Source: Nakamurella sp. (GTDB lineage: Bacteria > Actinomycetota > Actinomycetes > Mycobacteriales > Nakamurellaceae). From it: a stretch of 64,000 bases of DNA. Made by a program: the position numbers and the translations under genes. Positions 36,233 to 45,067 of the stretch are shown piece by piece. Numbering within the stretch: position 1 is the first letter of the stretch; every line of letters starts with the position of its first letter. The DNA lies in NCBI GenBank assembly GCA_044223435.1, contig JBGALY010000011.1:66787-130786 (forward strand), given 5' to 3'. Below the pieces are notes generated by a model. That model saw only the letters and a program-made list of their open reading frames with translations, made no database searches and was not told where the DNA came from.

Positions 36233-36904
36233 GTGGTCGTGGACGAGCAGCGGATCCGGGTGTGGTCGGACGGAGCCTGCCGGGGCAATCCCGGCCCGGG
36301 CGGTTGGGGTGCGCTGATCCGCGCGGCCGGACGGCCGGACGTCGAACTGTCCGGCGGCGAGGCGGCCACCACCAACAACCGGATGGAGTTGCGCGCGGTC
36401 GTGGAGGCACTGCGCAGTCTGCCCGATGGCACCGTGGTCACCGTGCACGCCGACTCCACCTATGTGCTCAACGGCATCACCAAGTGGCTGGTCGGGTGGC
36501 GTCGCAACGGTTGGTTGACCGGCAGCAAGCAGCCGGTCAAGAACGTCGACCTGTGGCAGGAACTGGACGAGCAAGCGAACCGGCACACGGTCGAGTGGCA
36601 GTGGGTGAAGGGCCATGCGGGCGACCCAGGAAACGAACGGGCAGACGCGCTGGCCAACGCGGGGGTGCCCGGCGGCATGGGCGAGGGTCCGGCCGGCGAC
36701 GGGCGTCCGGGCCGGCGCCGGCCCGCTCGCGGCCCGAGCACGTCGGGCACGTCGAGCACGTCGGGCAGCGCGGGCGGGTCCGGCGGGATGGCGGCCAGGT
36801 TCCCTGGCACCTGCCCGCAGTGCGCCGGCCGGATTGCCGTGGGGGATCGGATCCGCAAGGCCGGGCAGCAATGGGTATGTCTGGAATGCGACACGGCAGC
36901 ATGA
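36233..36904 (+). CDS. rnhA: Ribonuclease HI with low-complexity linker and C-terminal CxxC...CxxC zinc-ribbon tail
   Basis: It has [40 protein letters not shown] and [17 protein letters not shown]. The tail is [30 protein letters not shown]. The start is uncertain: GTG at 36233 is chosen, and the track ORF starts at 36116. Confidence 0.8.
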   Translation: MVVDEQRIRVWSDGACRGNPGPGGWGALIRAAGRPDVELSGGEAATTNNRMELRAVVEALRSLPDGTVVTVHADSTYVLNGITKWLVGWRRNGWLTGSKQPVKNVDLWQELDEQANRHTVEWQWVKGHAGDPGNERADALANAGVPGGMGEGPAGDGRPGRRRPARGPSTSGTSSTSGSAGGSGGMAARFPGTCPQCAGRIAVGDRIRKAGQQWVCLECDTAA

Positions 36905-36953
36905 CCGGTGTCGAGCCCGGACGCGATCAGCACGCACAAGGGGGAGGGGACGG

Positions 36954-37841
36954 ATGACCGATTCATGGCCCGAACTGCCGGTCGCCGGCTGGGCGGACAC
37001 CCGGGACACCGTGCAGCTGTGGACCCAGATCGTCGGCAAGGTGCGGCTGGCTCTGGCCCCGCCGGAGAACCACTGGTGGCAGGTCCCGCTGTACGTGAAT
37101 GCCTCCGGCCTGACCACCTCCCTGATGCCGTACCGGGACGGCGGTGTGGAGGTGGAGTTCGACTTCGTCGGCCACGAGCTGATCGTGCGCACGACGCACG
37201 GCGAGACTGCATCCTTCCCGCTGGCCCCGATGGCGGTCGCGGACTTCTACCACAGGTTCCGGCGGGTGCTCGAGGAGCTGGATGTCGATGTGACGATCGT
37301 GCCGCGACCGGTCGAGCTGCCGGTGGCGATCCCGTTCGCCGAGGACCGTACGCATCACAGCTACGACCCGGACGCGATGCACCGGTTCTGGATCTCGCTG
37401 GTGAGCGCCCAGCGAGTGTTCAGTCGCTTCCGGGGCGAGTACTCGGGCAAGTGCAGCCCCGTCCACTTCTTCTGGGGGGCATTCGATCTCGCCGTTACCC
37501 GGTTCTCCGGCCGAGGTGCGCCGACCCACCCGGGCGGCGTTCCCAACTGCCCCGACCGGGTCATGCATCTGGCCTACGACCGGGAACTGGCGTCCTGCGG
37601 TTACTGGCCCGGCGGTGCAGCCGAGGGCGCGTTCTATGCCTACGCCTACCCGGAGCCTCCCGGCTACCGGGAGTACCCCATCCGGCCTCGGGACGCATCG
37701 TTCGACCCCACGCTGGGCGAGTTCCTGCTCCCGTATACCGCCGTGCGTACAGCGGCCGACCCGGATGCCTACCTGTTGGAGTTCCTGCAGTCGGCGTTCA
37801 CCGCCTCGGTCGAACTCGCGCGGTGGCCGGCGATCGAGTGA
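36954..37841 (+). CDS. DUF5996-family protein
   Basis: ATG at 36954 follows GGGGGAGGGGA. Product starts MTDSWPELPVAGWADTRDTVQLWTQIVGKVRLALAPPENHWWQVPLYV and includes HFFWGAFDLAVTRFSGR. Confidence 0.7.
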   Translation: MTDSWPELPVAGWADTRDTVQLWTQIVGKVRLALAPPENHWWQVPLYVNASGLTTSLMPYRDGGVEVEFDFVGHELIVRTTHGETASFPLAPMAVADFYHRFRRVLEELDVDVTIVPRPVELPVAIPFAEDRTHHSYDPDAMHRFWISLVSAQRVFSRFRGEYSGKCSPVHFFWGAFDLAVTRFSGRGAPTHPGGVPNCPDRVMHLAYDRELASCGYWPGGAAEGAFYAYAYPEPPGYREYPIRPRDASFDPTLGEFLLPYTAVRTAADPDAYLLEFLQSAFTASVELARWPAIE

Positions 37842-37857
37842 TCGTGGCCGCGGGGCG

Positions 37858-38565
37858 GTGGCCGCCGTGCTGACCGTCGAGGGAGTGGGACCCGACCTGG
37901 TCGTCATCCTGCCCGGTTTCATGATCGCGCCGACGGCCTACTCGACGGTCGCTCGGACGCTGGCCAGTTCCGGGCCAACGGTGCTGGTGCCCCAGCTGTA
38001 CCGCCGCGGCATCGGCGCACTCGCCGGGCGGGTCGACGTCGCCGATGAGGCCGGCCGGGCCGCGGATCTCGTGCAGGCGACGGCGGCTCGGCACCCGGGA
38101 TCGCGGGTCCACCTCGCTGGCCACTCACGCGGCGGGCAGGCCGCGTGGCGGGCGGCGTCGATACTGCCCGCTGACCATCTACCGGCCTCGCTGATGGTGC
38201 TCGACCCCGTCGACGGCGCGGGGCGGGCTCCGACGGAGCGGACGAGCACGGCGGCTCCCGTGACCTGGACGGCGCCGGCCCTGGTCGTGGGCGCGGGCGT
38301 CGAGGGCCGGTGCGCGCCCGGCCCGGTCAACCACCGGCAGTTCGCGGGGGCCAACCGTGCGGCGCGGCATGTAGTGGTCGACGGGCTCGGGCACGCCGAT
38401 CTGCTCGACGGTCGGGCGCGGGCGATCGGCCGGCGGCTCTGCGGCGGCGGCGCCGATCCGGACGGCGCTCGGGCCGTCCTGATCGCCCTGCTGATTGCCT
38501 GGATCACCGCGATCGACGCGGCCGCCGTGCTCCCCCCGGTCGCCGGAACCACCGTGCTGCGCTGA
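37858..38565 (+). CDS. Alpha/beta hydrolase (chlorophyllase/dienelactone-hydrolase-like)
   Basis: It has the nucleophile elbow HLAGHSRGG and, later, VVDGLGHADLLD (His). The GTG start at 37858 is tentative. Confidence 0.65.
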   Translation: MAAVLTVEGVGPDLVVILPGFMIAPTAYSTVARTLASSGPTVLVPQLYRRGIGALAGRVDVADEAGRAADLVQATAARHPGSRVHLAGHSRGGQAAWRAASILPADHLPASLMVLDPVDGAGRAPTERTSTAAPVTWTAPALVVGAGVEGRCAPGPVNHRQFAGANRAARHVVVDGLGHADLLDGRARAIGRRLCGGGADPDGARAVLIALLIAWITAIDAAAVLPPVAGTTVLR

Positions 38566-38626
38566 GCGGCCGGAGCCCCGGGCGACCACCGGGACTCAGG
38601 GACCGGACCGGCAACGTCAGCATTTG

Positions 38627-38655
38627 TTGACGAACGTTCGACGTCAGCTTATGCT
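38627..38655 (+). promoter_or_regulatory. Sigma-70-like promoter positioned for a leaderless transcript, embedded in nested repeats
   Basis: TTGACG (38627-38632), a 17-nt spacer and TATGCT (38650-38655) place the ATG at 38662, 7 nt after the -10 box, with no room for an SD sequence. The spacer contains the perfect palindrome CGAACGTTCG (38631-38640). It is flanked by the inverted repeat GTCAGCAT/ATGCTGAC (38616-38623 / 38651-38658) and the direct repeat ACGTCAGC (38614, 38641). Confidence 0.5.
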
Positions 38656-38661
38656 GACACC

Positions 38662-38889
38662 ATGACAGAGACCGACACCGACACCGCGACCGACCTGGCC
38701 GGCGCCCTCGACAGCTCAGACCCGGCGGTCGGACTGCGGGCCGTCGCGTCCCTGCGCGTTCTGCTGGAACGACTGGAAGCCCTGCACGTGGCCGGGGCCC
38801 GCGCTCGCGGCTGGTCCTGGCAGGAGATCGCCGACCGGCTCGGGGTCACCAAGCAGACCGTCCATCGCAAGCACCATCGGAGGATCTGA
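38662..38889 (+). CDS. Small helix-turn-helix protein (75 aa)
   Basis: The C-terminal HTH is GWSWQEIADRLGVTKQTVHRKHHRR. The stop codon is 2 nt before the next ATG. Confidence 0.7.
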   Translation: MTETDTDTATDLAGALDSSDPAVGLRAVASLRVLLERLEALHVAGARARGWSWQEIADRLGVTKQTVHRKHHRRI

Positions 38890-38891
38890 TC

Positions 38892-39461
38892 ATGTTCGAG
38901 CGATTCACCCGGGACGCCCGCGCCGTCGTGGTGACGGCTCAGGAGGCCGCGCGGAGCACCGGCGACCGAAAGATCCGAGCGGTTCACCTGTTGATCGGGC
39001 TGTCCGATCCCGACCGCCCCACCGCAGACCTGCTGGCCGAACGGCACCTCGATCGAGAATCGTTGCGGCAGTGGGCGGCCGAGCATCATCGGGGCGGCCT
39101 GGACGCATCGGCCCTGTCCACGCTGGGCATCGATCTGGGCGCGATCCGGACGACAGTGGAATCGACCTTCGGGCGAGGCGCGTTGGACGAGGACCCGCCG
39201 CCCGCTCGTCGGTGGCCGCTGCGCCGGCACCGCCGGTCGGACGGCCGCCACGTGCCGTTCACCGATGGGGCCAGGAAGTCGCTCGAGCTCTCGCTGCGCG
39301 AGACCATCCGCCTCGGCCAAGGTTCGATCGGCGCCGAGTCCGTCCTGCTCGGCGTGCTCCGCTCCGACGACCGTGAGATGCTCGAGGCAATGGCGCATTT
39401 CGACATCAATCTCACGGCACTGCGCCGCGCCACCGAGGCCCGGCTCCGCCGGGCCGCCTGA
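38892..39461 (+). CDS. Clp_N (Clp R) repeat domain protein without an ATPase module
   Basis: It starts MFERFTRDARAVVVTAQEAARSTGDRKIRAVHLLIGL. The second repeat is FTDGARKSLELSLRETIRLGQGSIGAESVLLGVL. An Arg-rich insert (PPPARRWPLRRHRRSDGRH) separates the two repeats. Confidence 0.8.
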   Translation: MFERFTRDARAVVVTAQEAARSTGDRKIRAVHLLIGLSDPDRPTADLLAERHLDRESLRQWAAEHHRGGLDASALSTLGIDLGAIRTTVESTFGRGALDEDPPPARRWPLRRHRRSDGRHVPFTDGARKSLELSLRETIRLGQGSIGAESVLLGVLRSDDREMLEAMAHFDINLTALRRATEARLRRAA

Positions 39462-39539
39462 TGGTGGAACCCGGCGCCGGGCCACCCGGTTGGCGGCGGG
39501 CAACGCCGGGTCGTCCCCGACGGGGCGCAGTTCGGCCGG

Positions 39540-40535
39540 TTGATGCCGGTGCCCGCCGGGTACCGGCATCGGGTGAGCACAGCGTCCCCGGCCACGGCCG
39601 ATCTCGACCGTTCGGTCCGCCGACCCGACCCGGTCGATGTCGCCGCCGACCCCGAGATCGGCCGCCAGGTGCACGATCTGCTGGCGCCGGCGTTTGCCGG
39701 TGATCGCCCCGGCCGGTCGCCGGTCGAGGTCGTCGACATCGGCGCCAATCCGATCGACGGCGATCCGCCGTACCGCCCGCTGCTGGACGCCGGATGCTGC
39801 CGGGTCACCGGTTTCGAGCCCCAGGCACCGGCGCTGGCCGATCTGCGGGAGCGGGCCGGCCCGGCCGAGCGATACCTGCCCTACGCGGTCGGCGACGGCG
39901 GTCGACACATCTTGCACCTGTGTGCCACATCGGGTTTCGCCAGCCTGCTGGAGCCGGATGCGGCGCAGCTCGACCTGCTGATCGACTTTCCGCAGCTGGC
40001 CCGGGTCACCGGCCGGGAGCCGGTGCAGACCCACCGCCTGGACGCGATCGCCGAGATCGCCGAGATCGACTACCTCAAGATCGATATCCAGGGCGGCGAA
40101 CTGCCGGTGCTGGCCGCCGGCCGGGGCCGGCTCGGCGGGGCCGTGGCCGTCCAGACCGAGGTCGGATTCCACCGGCTGTATCGCGACCAACCCACGTTCG
40201 CCGATGTCGACCTGGAACTGCGCAGCCAGGGCTTCGTCCCGCACCGGTTCGTGACGACGCGGACCTGGCCGATCGCTCCGGTGGTCTGGGCCGACCCGCT
40301 GGAGCGGTACGCCCGTCAGCTCGTCGAGGCCGACCTGCTGTACGTCCGTGACCCGGTCCACCTGGACGAGTACACCGACGCCCAACTCGGCCGGCTCGCC
40401 CTGATCGCCGACATCGCCTACGGCAGCTTCGGACTGGCATTGCGGTGCGTGGTGGCGTTGATCGACCGGGGCGTGCTCGACCGGACGGCCCAGGACCGGT
40501 ACCGCCGGTTGGCGGCCGGCCGTCTGCCCGGCTGA
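39540..40535 (+). CDS. FkbM-family methyltransferase
   Basis: It has VVDIGANPIDG, GFEPQ and IDYLKIDIQGGELPVL, which are typical FkbM motifs. Confidence 0.75.
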   Translation: MMPVPAGYRHRVSTASPATADLDRSVRRPDPVDVAADPEIGRQVHDLLAPAFAGDRPGRSPVEVVDIGANPIDGDPPYRPLLDAGCCRVTGFEPQAPALADLRERAGPAERYLPYAVGDGGRHILHLCATSGFASLLEPDAAQLDLLIDFPQLARVTGREPVQTHRLDAIAEIAEIDYLKIDIQGGELPVLAAGRGRLGGAVAVQTEVGFHRLYRDQPTFADVDLELRSQGFVPHRFVTTRTWPIAPVVWADPLERYARQLVEADLLYVRDPVHLDEYTDAQLGRLALIADIAYGSFGLALRCVVALIDRGVLDRTAQDRYRRLAAGRLPG

Positions 40536-40562
40536 GGACCGACCGAACCGGTCCTGGACCAC

Positions 40563-41864
40563 CTACCATCCGGCCCACCACCGCTCCAGGGACACCCCAC
40601 CGGGGATGGGACTGATCGGCGGCACCGACCAACCAGGACCGACCGGGACCCCGGTCGGTGCCGGTTCGTCACGGTTCAGCGCCCGGGTGCGCCGGATCTG
40701 CAGCCATCCCGGCTGGTCCCACTCACCGGCCGCGCAGCATTGGTCGAGCGGAGCGGCCAGCTGCAGCGGACGGTGCACCGTCACCAGATGACGGGCCCGT
40801 CGACCGATCTCGACCGGCACGTCGCCGGCGTGCACCCGGGGATCGCCGGACAGCAACGGCGGCAGTCCGGAACCCGAGGATCGGCCGGAACGGGCGGCCG
40901 ATCCGTCGTGGCCACACCGCGGGAACCACACGGCGGCATCGACATTGGCCAGCAGACCGGCGACGCAGGCGACCACGTCCGCGTCGGCTTCGGTTCCCGT
41001 GGTGGGGCCGGTGTACCGCACCACGATGTCCGGCTGGTCCAGCACGAGCCCGGATCCGCGCACCGACGGCAACGGCACGGTCCGGGCCAGCCGCAGGCTC
41101 TCGGCGTTCTTGACCGTCGGGTCGGTGCCCCGGCCGGCCGCATCGGGCCCGTCGTGCCACGCGACGGCGTGCGGTTCGTGGGCCATTCGGGCGCCGGCGA
41201 GCCACGACCGCCACCCGAGATCCCAGTCCTCGCCGCCGTAGCCGACGAAGCTGCCGTCGAATCCGCCGGTCGCCTGCCAGAGCCGGCGGTCCAGGCCCAG
41301 CACCGCGGAGATCACGAGCCGGAAGTCCTCCTCCCCGGCCGAGTCGAGGTTGTCGGTGCGCGCGTACCCGCGGCGCAGCCACGCGGGATCGTCCAGGATC
41401 GGCAACCCGGCCGGCCCGTCCGGGCCGGCGGTTGCCGGGTCCTGGCGCAGGAAACGCAGCACCTGCGCCCGTCCGATCGTTCGAAGATCCGCGTGTCGCC
41501 GCCGGCCAACGACCAGGCTTCCGTGCCCGTCGTCGATCGCCCGGAGCCGGTCCACCATCGACCGCAGGTACCCGGCGGTGGGCAGGGTGTCGCCGTCGAG
41601 GAAGAGCAGCAGATCGGCCCGCGCCCGGGTCACGCCGAGGTTCCGCGCCGCCGCGGCCCGGAAGCCGGTGTCCGGCTGCCGGACGACGCGGCAGTCGAAT
41701 CCGAGGTCGCCCGGGACCGTCGGCTGGACCGGAGATCCGTCGTCGGCGATCACCACCTCGAACCGCACCCCACCCCGCTGCTGGGCGAGTGCCGCCATCA
41801 GCAGCGTCAACCGGGTCTGGTCGTCGTAGTACGGCACGACCACCGAGGCGTCGAGGCGGGTCAC
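40563..41864 (-). CDS. Glycosyltransferase family 2 with ~170-aa C-terminal extension of unknown function
   Basis: It has SVVVPYYDD, VVIADDGS, ARNLG, LLFLDGDTLP and GYGGEDWDLGWR. Confidence 0.8.
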   Translation of the reverse strand: MTRLDASVVVPYYDDQTRLTLLMAALAQQRGGVRFEVVIADDGSPVQPTVPGDLGFDCRVVRQPDTGFRAAAARNLGVTRARADLLLFLDGDTLPTAGYLRSMVDRLRAIDDGHGSLVVGRRRHADLRTIGRAQVLRFLRQDPATAGPDGPAGLPILDDPAWLRRGYARTDNLDSAGEEDFRLVISAVLGLDRRLWQATGGFDGSFVGYGGEDWDLGWRSWLAGARMAHEPHAVAWHDGPDAAGRGTDPTVKNAESLRLARTVPLPSVRGSGLVLDQPDIVVRYTGPTTGTEADADVVACVAGLLANVDAAVWFPRCGHDGSAARSGRSSGSGLPPLLSGDPRVHAGDVPVEIGRRARHLVTVHRPLQLAAPLDQCCAAGEWDQPGWLQIRRTRALNRDEPAPTGVPVGPGWSVPPISPIPGGVSLERWWAGW

Positions 41865-42733
41865 GATGCGGCCACCGACGCTTCGTCCGCGGCCGCGGCG
41901 TCGATCACGGTCCAGGTGTCGCGATCCGGGTCGTACCGGGCCAGACCGAGGTCGGCGAAGGCCGTCAACCAGCCCTGCATGGGCCAGAATCCCCAGCGCC
42001 GACGAAAGACCGTCGCGTTGCGGACGATGTCGACCAGATGGGGCGTCGGGGGCGAGGGCGAGTCGTGATACTGGTGGAACGCGTCAGCGTCGCCCCACCA
42101 CCGCAGGTCGATGCCGAGCCGGAACGCGTGGTAGCCCAGATCGGTGTCCTCGCCGCCGTAGCCGTAGTACCGCTCGCAGAACCCGCCCAGCCGCCGCCAG
42201 GTGCGGGCCGAAACCGCGAAGGACAACGACCAGAACAGTTGCCAGTCCGCCGACGGGATCGACTGTCCCGGGTCCGGTCGGGGGCGGGCAGGGTGCGGCC
42301 GTCCGCGCAGGGCACCCGGATCGCTGCCGGCCGCGTCGGTCCCTTCGGCCAGGTACTGCACCACCCCGCAGTGCAGGGCCGGCCGCGTCTCCTGCCGGAC
42401 GGCTGTGGTGTAGGTCTGCACCAGCGACGGGCCGGGCACGCAGTCCACGTCCAGGAAAACCAGGACGTCGGCCCCCGCGGCCAGCGCGGCCGCGGCGCCG
42501 GCATTGCGCGCGGCGGCGAGCGGAAGTGCCCCGTCACCGGGGATGTCATGCAGCAGCAGGGTGCAGCCGGAGCCGGCCAGCGGTCCCGTGCGGGTCGCGG
42601 CGGTGGCGATCGGATCGCCCATGCCGACCACGACGTAAAGGTCGGGCCGGCGGTGACCCAGGCGCAACCCGCGCTGCTGCGCGTGCAGGTGCTCGTGCCG
42701 CCCACGGACGATGGTCACGACCGCGGTGGTCAT
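41861..42733 (-). CDS. Glycosyltransferase family 2-like (galactosyltransferase-related) protein
   Basis: It has VVTIVRGRHEHL, ARNAGA, LVFLDVDCVP and GYGGEDTDLGYH. It overlaps both neighbours by 4 nt. Confidence 0.75.
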   Translation of the reverse strand: MTTAVVTIVRGRHEHLHAQQRGLRLGHRRPDLYVVVGMGDPIATAATRTGPLAGSGCTLLLHDIPGDGALPLAAARNAGAAAALAAGADVLVFLDVDCVPGPSLVQTYTTAVRQETRPALHCGVVQYLAEGTDAAGSDPGALRGRPHPARPRPDPGQSIPSADWQLFWSLSFAVSARTWRRLGGFCERYYGYGGEDTDLGYHAFRLGIDLRWWGDADAFHQYHDSPSPPTPHLVDIVRNATVFRRRWGFWPMQGWLTAFADLGLARYDPDRDTWTVIDAAAADEASVAAS

Positions 42734-43740
42734 GCGGTCGGCTCGATGACGCCGTGCCGGACCTCATCGGCGGTGGCCCGGAGGAACCCGGCGGCTCGCC
42801 GGGCGGCGTCCGGTGGCGCCCACCGGCTCCACCCGTCGCCGCCGAGCGCGACCGCCCGGCCCAGCAGGTCGGGCCAGCGGGCGGCGTCGGGGAACGCGTC
42901 CAGGCCGACCGCCAGACCGGACCGAGCGAGGGTGGCGACCGTCGCCGCCTGCTCGCCGTGCGGGCGCTGCTGGGCGATGACGACGGCCGGCCGGCGGGCG
43001 GCGGCCACTTCGGCGACCGCGTTCTGGCCACCGTGCGTGACGACGACGTCCGACCAGCACAGCAGGTCCCAGACCGAACGCCCCGCGTCGGGGCCGACAC
43101 CGGCCTGCCGCCACCGGCAGTGCGGTGTCGCTCGCACCGCCGCATCCACAAAGCCCGCGGGACAGTCGTTCCCACCCTTGCCCCACAACACCAGCACGCG
43201 GATGGGACCGTCATGGCCGCCCGCGGCGGCGGGCCGTCGAGCGGCGAAGCGGGAGATGGCACCGGCATGAAAAGTCTTGTCGGGCCAGCGGTCCGACCAC
43301 TGGCTGGCGCTGAAATCGGCCGCCCAGGGGGCGAGTATGGCGTGGGCGGAGTCGTAGGCGGACCGGTGGGCCCGATCCGAACGATCTCCCGGCATCGCCA
43401 TGAGCACCGTGGGCACGCCCATCAGCCGGCACATGACGGCGACCTCGACGGACACGTCGACCACCATGAGGTCCGGGTCGGTGGCGTCGATCCAGTCGGC
43501 GAGCATCGCCATGCGGCGCCGAAGGCCTCGATCATGCCGCGGCACCCAGTGCAGGGTTCCGTGAGCGGTGTGGTCCACCGGGCGGGAGAGGTTGTCCAGG
43601 GGCAGCCGGACCCAGGACATGCCGGGGTCGGGAGCGGGCAGCGAGCTGAGCAGGGTCGCCGCGCCGCCCAGGTACTCCAGGATCGAGCGGGCCCGCTGCA
43701 GATGGCCCAGTCCCTGGTGGTGGACGTAGTAGCCGATCAT
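42730..43740 (-). CDS. Glycosyltransferase, MurG/GT28 C-terminal-domain-like
   Basis: Start MIGYYVHHQGLGHLQRA at 43740. It has VVTHGGQNAVAEVAAARRPAVVI. The track ORF start at 43836 adds an unlikely extension. Confidence 0.65.
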   Translation of the reverse strand: MIGYYVHHQGLGHLQRARSILEYLGGAATLLSSLPAPDPGMSWVRLPLDNLSRPVDHTAHGTLHWVPRHDRGLRRRMAMLADWIDATDPDLMVVDVSVEVAVMCRLMGVPTVLMAMPGDRSDRAHRSAYDSAHAILAPWAADFSASQWSDRWPDKTFHAGAISRFAARRPAAAGGHDGPIRVLVLWGKGGNDCPAGFVDAAVRATPHCRWRQAGVGPDAGRSVWDLLCWSDVVVTHGGQNAVAEVAAARRPAVVIAQQRPHGEQAATVATLARSGLAVGLDAFPDAARWPDLLGRAVALGGDGWSRWAPPDAARRAAGFLRATADEVRHGVIEPTA

Positions 43741-43783
43741 GTGCGCTTCCCCGGGCCGCCCGGTTGGATCGGGGCGCGACTTC

Positions 43784-44947
43784 TCACGACGGATTCCATC
43801 GCCGGACCGCGTCCGCGTACACCGCTTCGTAGCCACGGATCATCGCGGACCGGCCGAGCCGGCCGACGGCCCGGCGACGGATGACCCGCCGGTCGAGCCC
43901 GGCCGCTTCGGTCAGCGCGGCGACCGCGGCGTCCAGGCGTTCGCGGCTGAAGCCGGCGGCCGGCACCGGTGCGATCAACCGTCCGGCCGGCGCGTCGAGG
44001 ATCTCCGGCAGGCCGCCCCGCGCGAACGCCACCACGGGCGTACCGCAGGCCATCGCTTCGGCCGCGACCAGGCCGAACGGCTCGTTCCAGACCGGGGTGA
44101 CGAGCGCGACCGCGCTGCGGCCCACGAGCTCGGCCAAGTCGGTCTGGTCCAGATGGCCGGCGTAGTGCACCTCCGGTCCCAACCGCGGAGCGACGGCCGT
44201 AGCGAAATAGTCCTCATCGATCAGCGGACCGGCAATGGTCAGATCGAAGCCCGCCGTACGGGCCAGGTCGATGGCCAGGTGCGGGGCCTTCTCCGGCACG
44301 ATCCGCCCGAACCAGACGGCTCCCGGCCCGCCGGGGCCGGCTCGCCAGACGGTGGTGTCGACCCCGTTGCGCACGACCCGGGCGTTGACCAGGGGCCGCC
44401 ACAGGGCGGCGGTGGCCCGGCTGACCGCGACGAAATGCCGATCGCGTCCCGGGGTCCGGCCGACGACGCCGCCGTCGGATGGCCCGTCGAGCACTTCTTC
44501 GGCCCACGGCAGTCGCGGAGTGTGCAGGGTGGTGACCAACGGGCTGGGCAACGAGGCCGCCCGCTGCACCGGGAGCGGATGCAGCGAGTTGTTGTGGATC
44601 ACGTCGAACGACCCGAGCATGCCGTCCCGGAGCTGGTCCATCAGCGCGGCGTAGGCCGACTGTTCGGCCCGGCGGACGAGTGGATGTTCGGTCGTATCCG
44701 GCCGATCCCCGGCATCGCCCACGGGGAGCGCACCAAATTCGTAACCGACCACGGACGGATCACTTCCGGCGGCCCCGGCCACCATGACCAAGTGCCCGCG
44801 GGCCCGCAGCCCACGGGCCAGTGACCAGGTGTGGGCCTCCAGCCCGCCGGCGAATGGTTGGGCGATCGGATACCGCAGCGACGCGACGATGAGGATCTTG
44901 AAGCTCTCACCTGTCGCGCCGGCCCGTCCGGACGACTGGTGTACCAA
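43784..44947 (-). CDS. Glycosyltransferase family 4 (GT-B fold)
   Basis: It has FKILIVASLRYPIAQPFAGGLEAHTWSLARGL and the EX7E-type region PVWNEPFGLVAAEAMACGTPVVAFARGGLPEIL. The likely TTG start at 44947 or 44950 directly follows GGAGGTGGG. Confidence 0.8.
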   Translation of the reverse strand: MVHQSSGRAGATGESFKILIVASLRYPIAQPFAGGLEAHTWSLARGLRARGHLVMVAGAAGSDPSVVGYEFGALPVGDAGDRPDTTEHPLVRRAEQSAYAALMDQLRDGMLGSFDVIHNNSLHPLPVQRAASLPSPLVTTLHTPRLPWAEEVLDGPSDGGVVGRTPGRDRHFVAVSRATAALWRPLVNARVVRNGVDTTVWRAGPGGPGAVWFGRIVPEKAPHLAIDLARTAGFDLTIAGPLIDEDYFATAVAPRLGPEVHYAGHLDQTDLAELVGRSAVALVTPVWNEPFGLVAAEAMACGTPVVAFARGGLPEILDAPAGRLIAPVPAAGFSRERLDAAVAALTEAAGLDRRVIRRRAVGRLGRSAMIRGYEAVYADAVRRWNPS

Positions 44948-45067
44948 CAACCCACCTCCATCTGCTCGGAGCGAGCACCTCGCCCCGGCCGGTGGTCGAT
45001 GCTGCTGCTCTCGCACAGGTACCCGGAACGCCCTGGGGCCAACCGTGTGCAACGGGTGACTGAACGC

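Noticed and set aside
43741-43836. The N-terminal extension of the GT28-like protein from 43836 (MATKRCTRTRSGDGIRREKSRPDPTGRPGEAH...).
   Set aside because: The conserved MurG-like N-terminus (MIGYYVHHQGLGH) begins at the internal ATG at 43740. The extension overlaps the 3' end of the GT4 gene and is basic low-complexity sequence.
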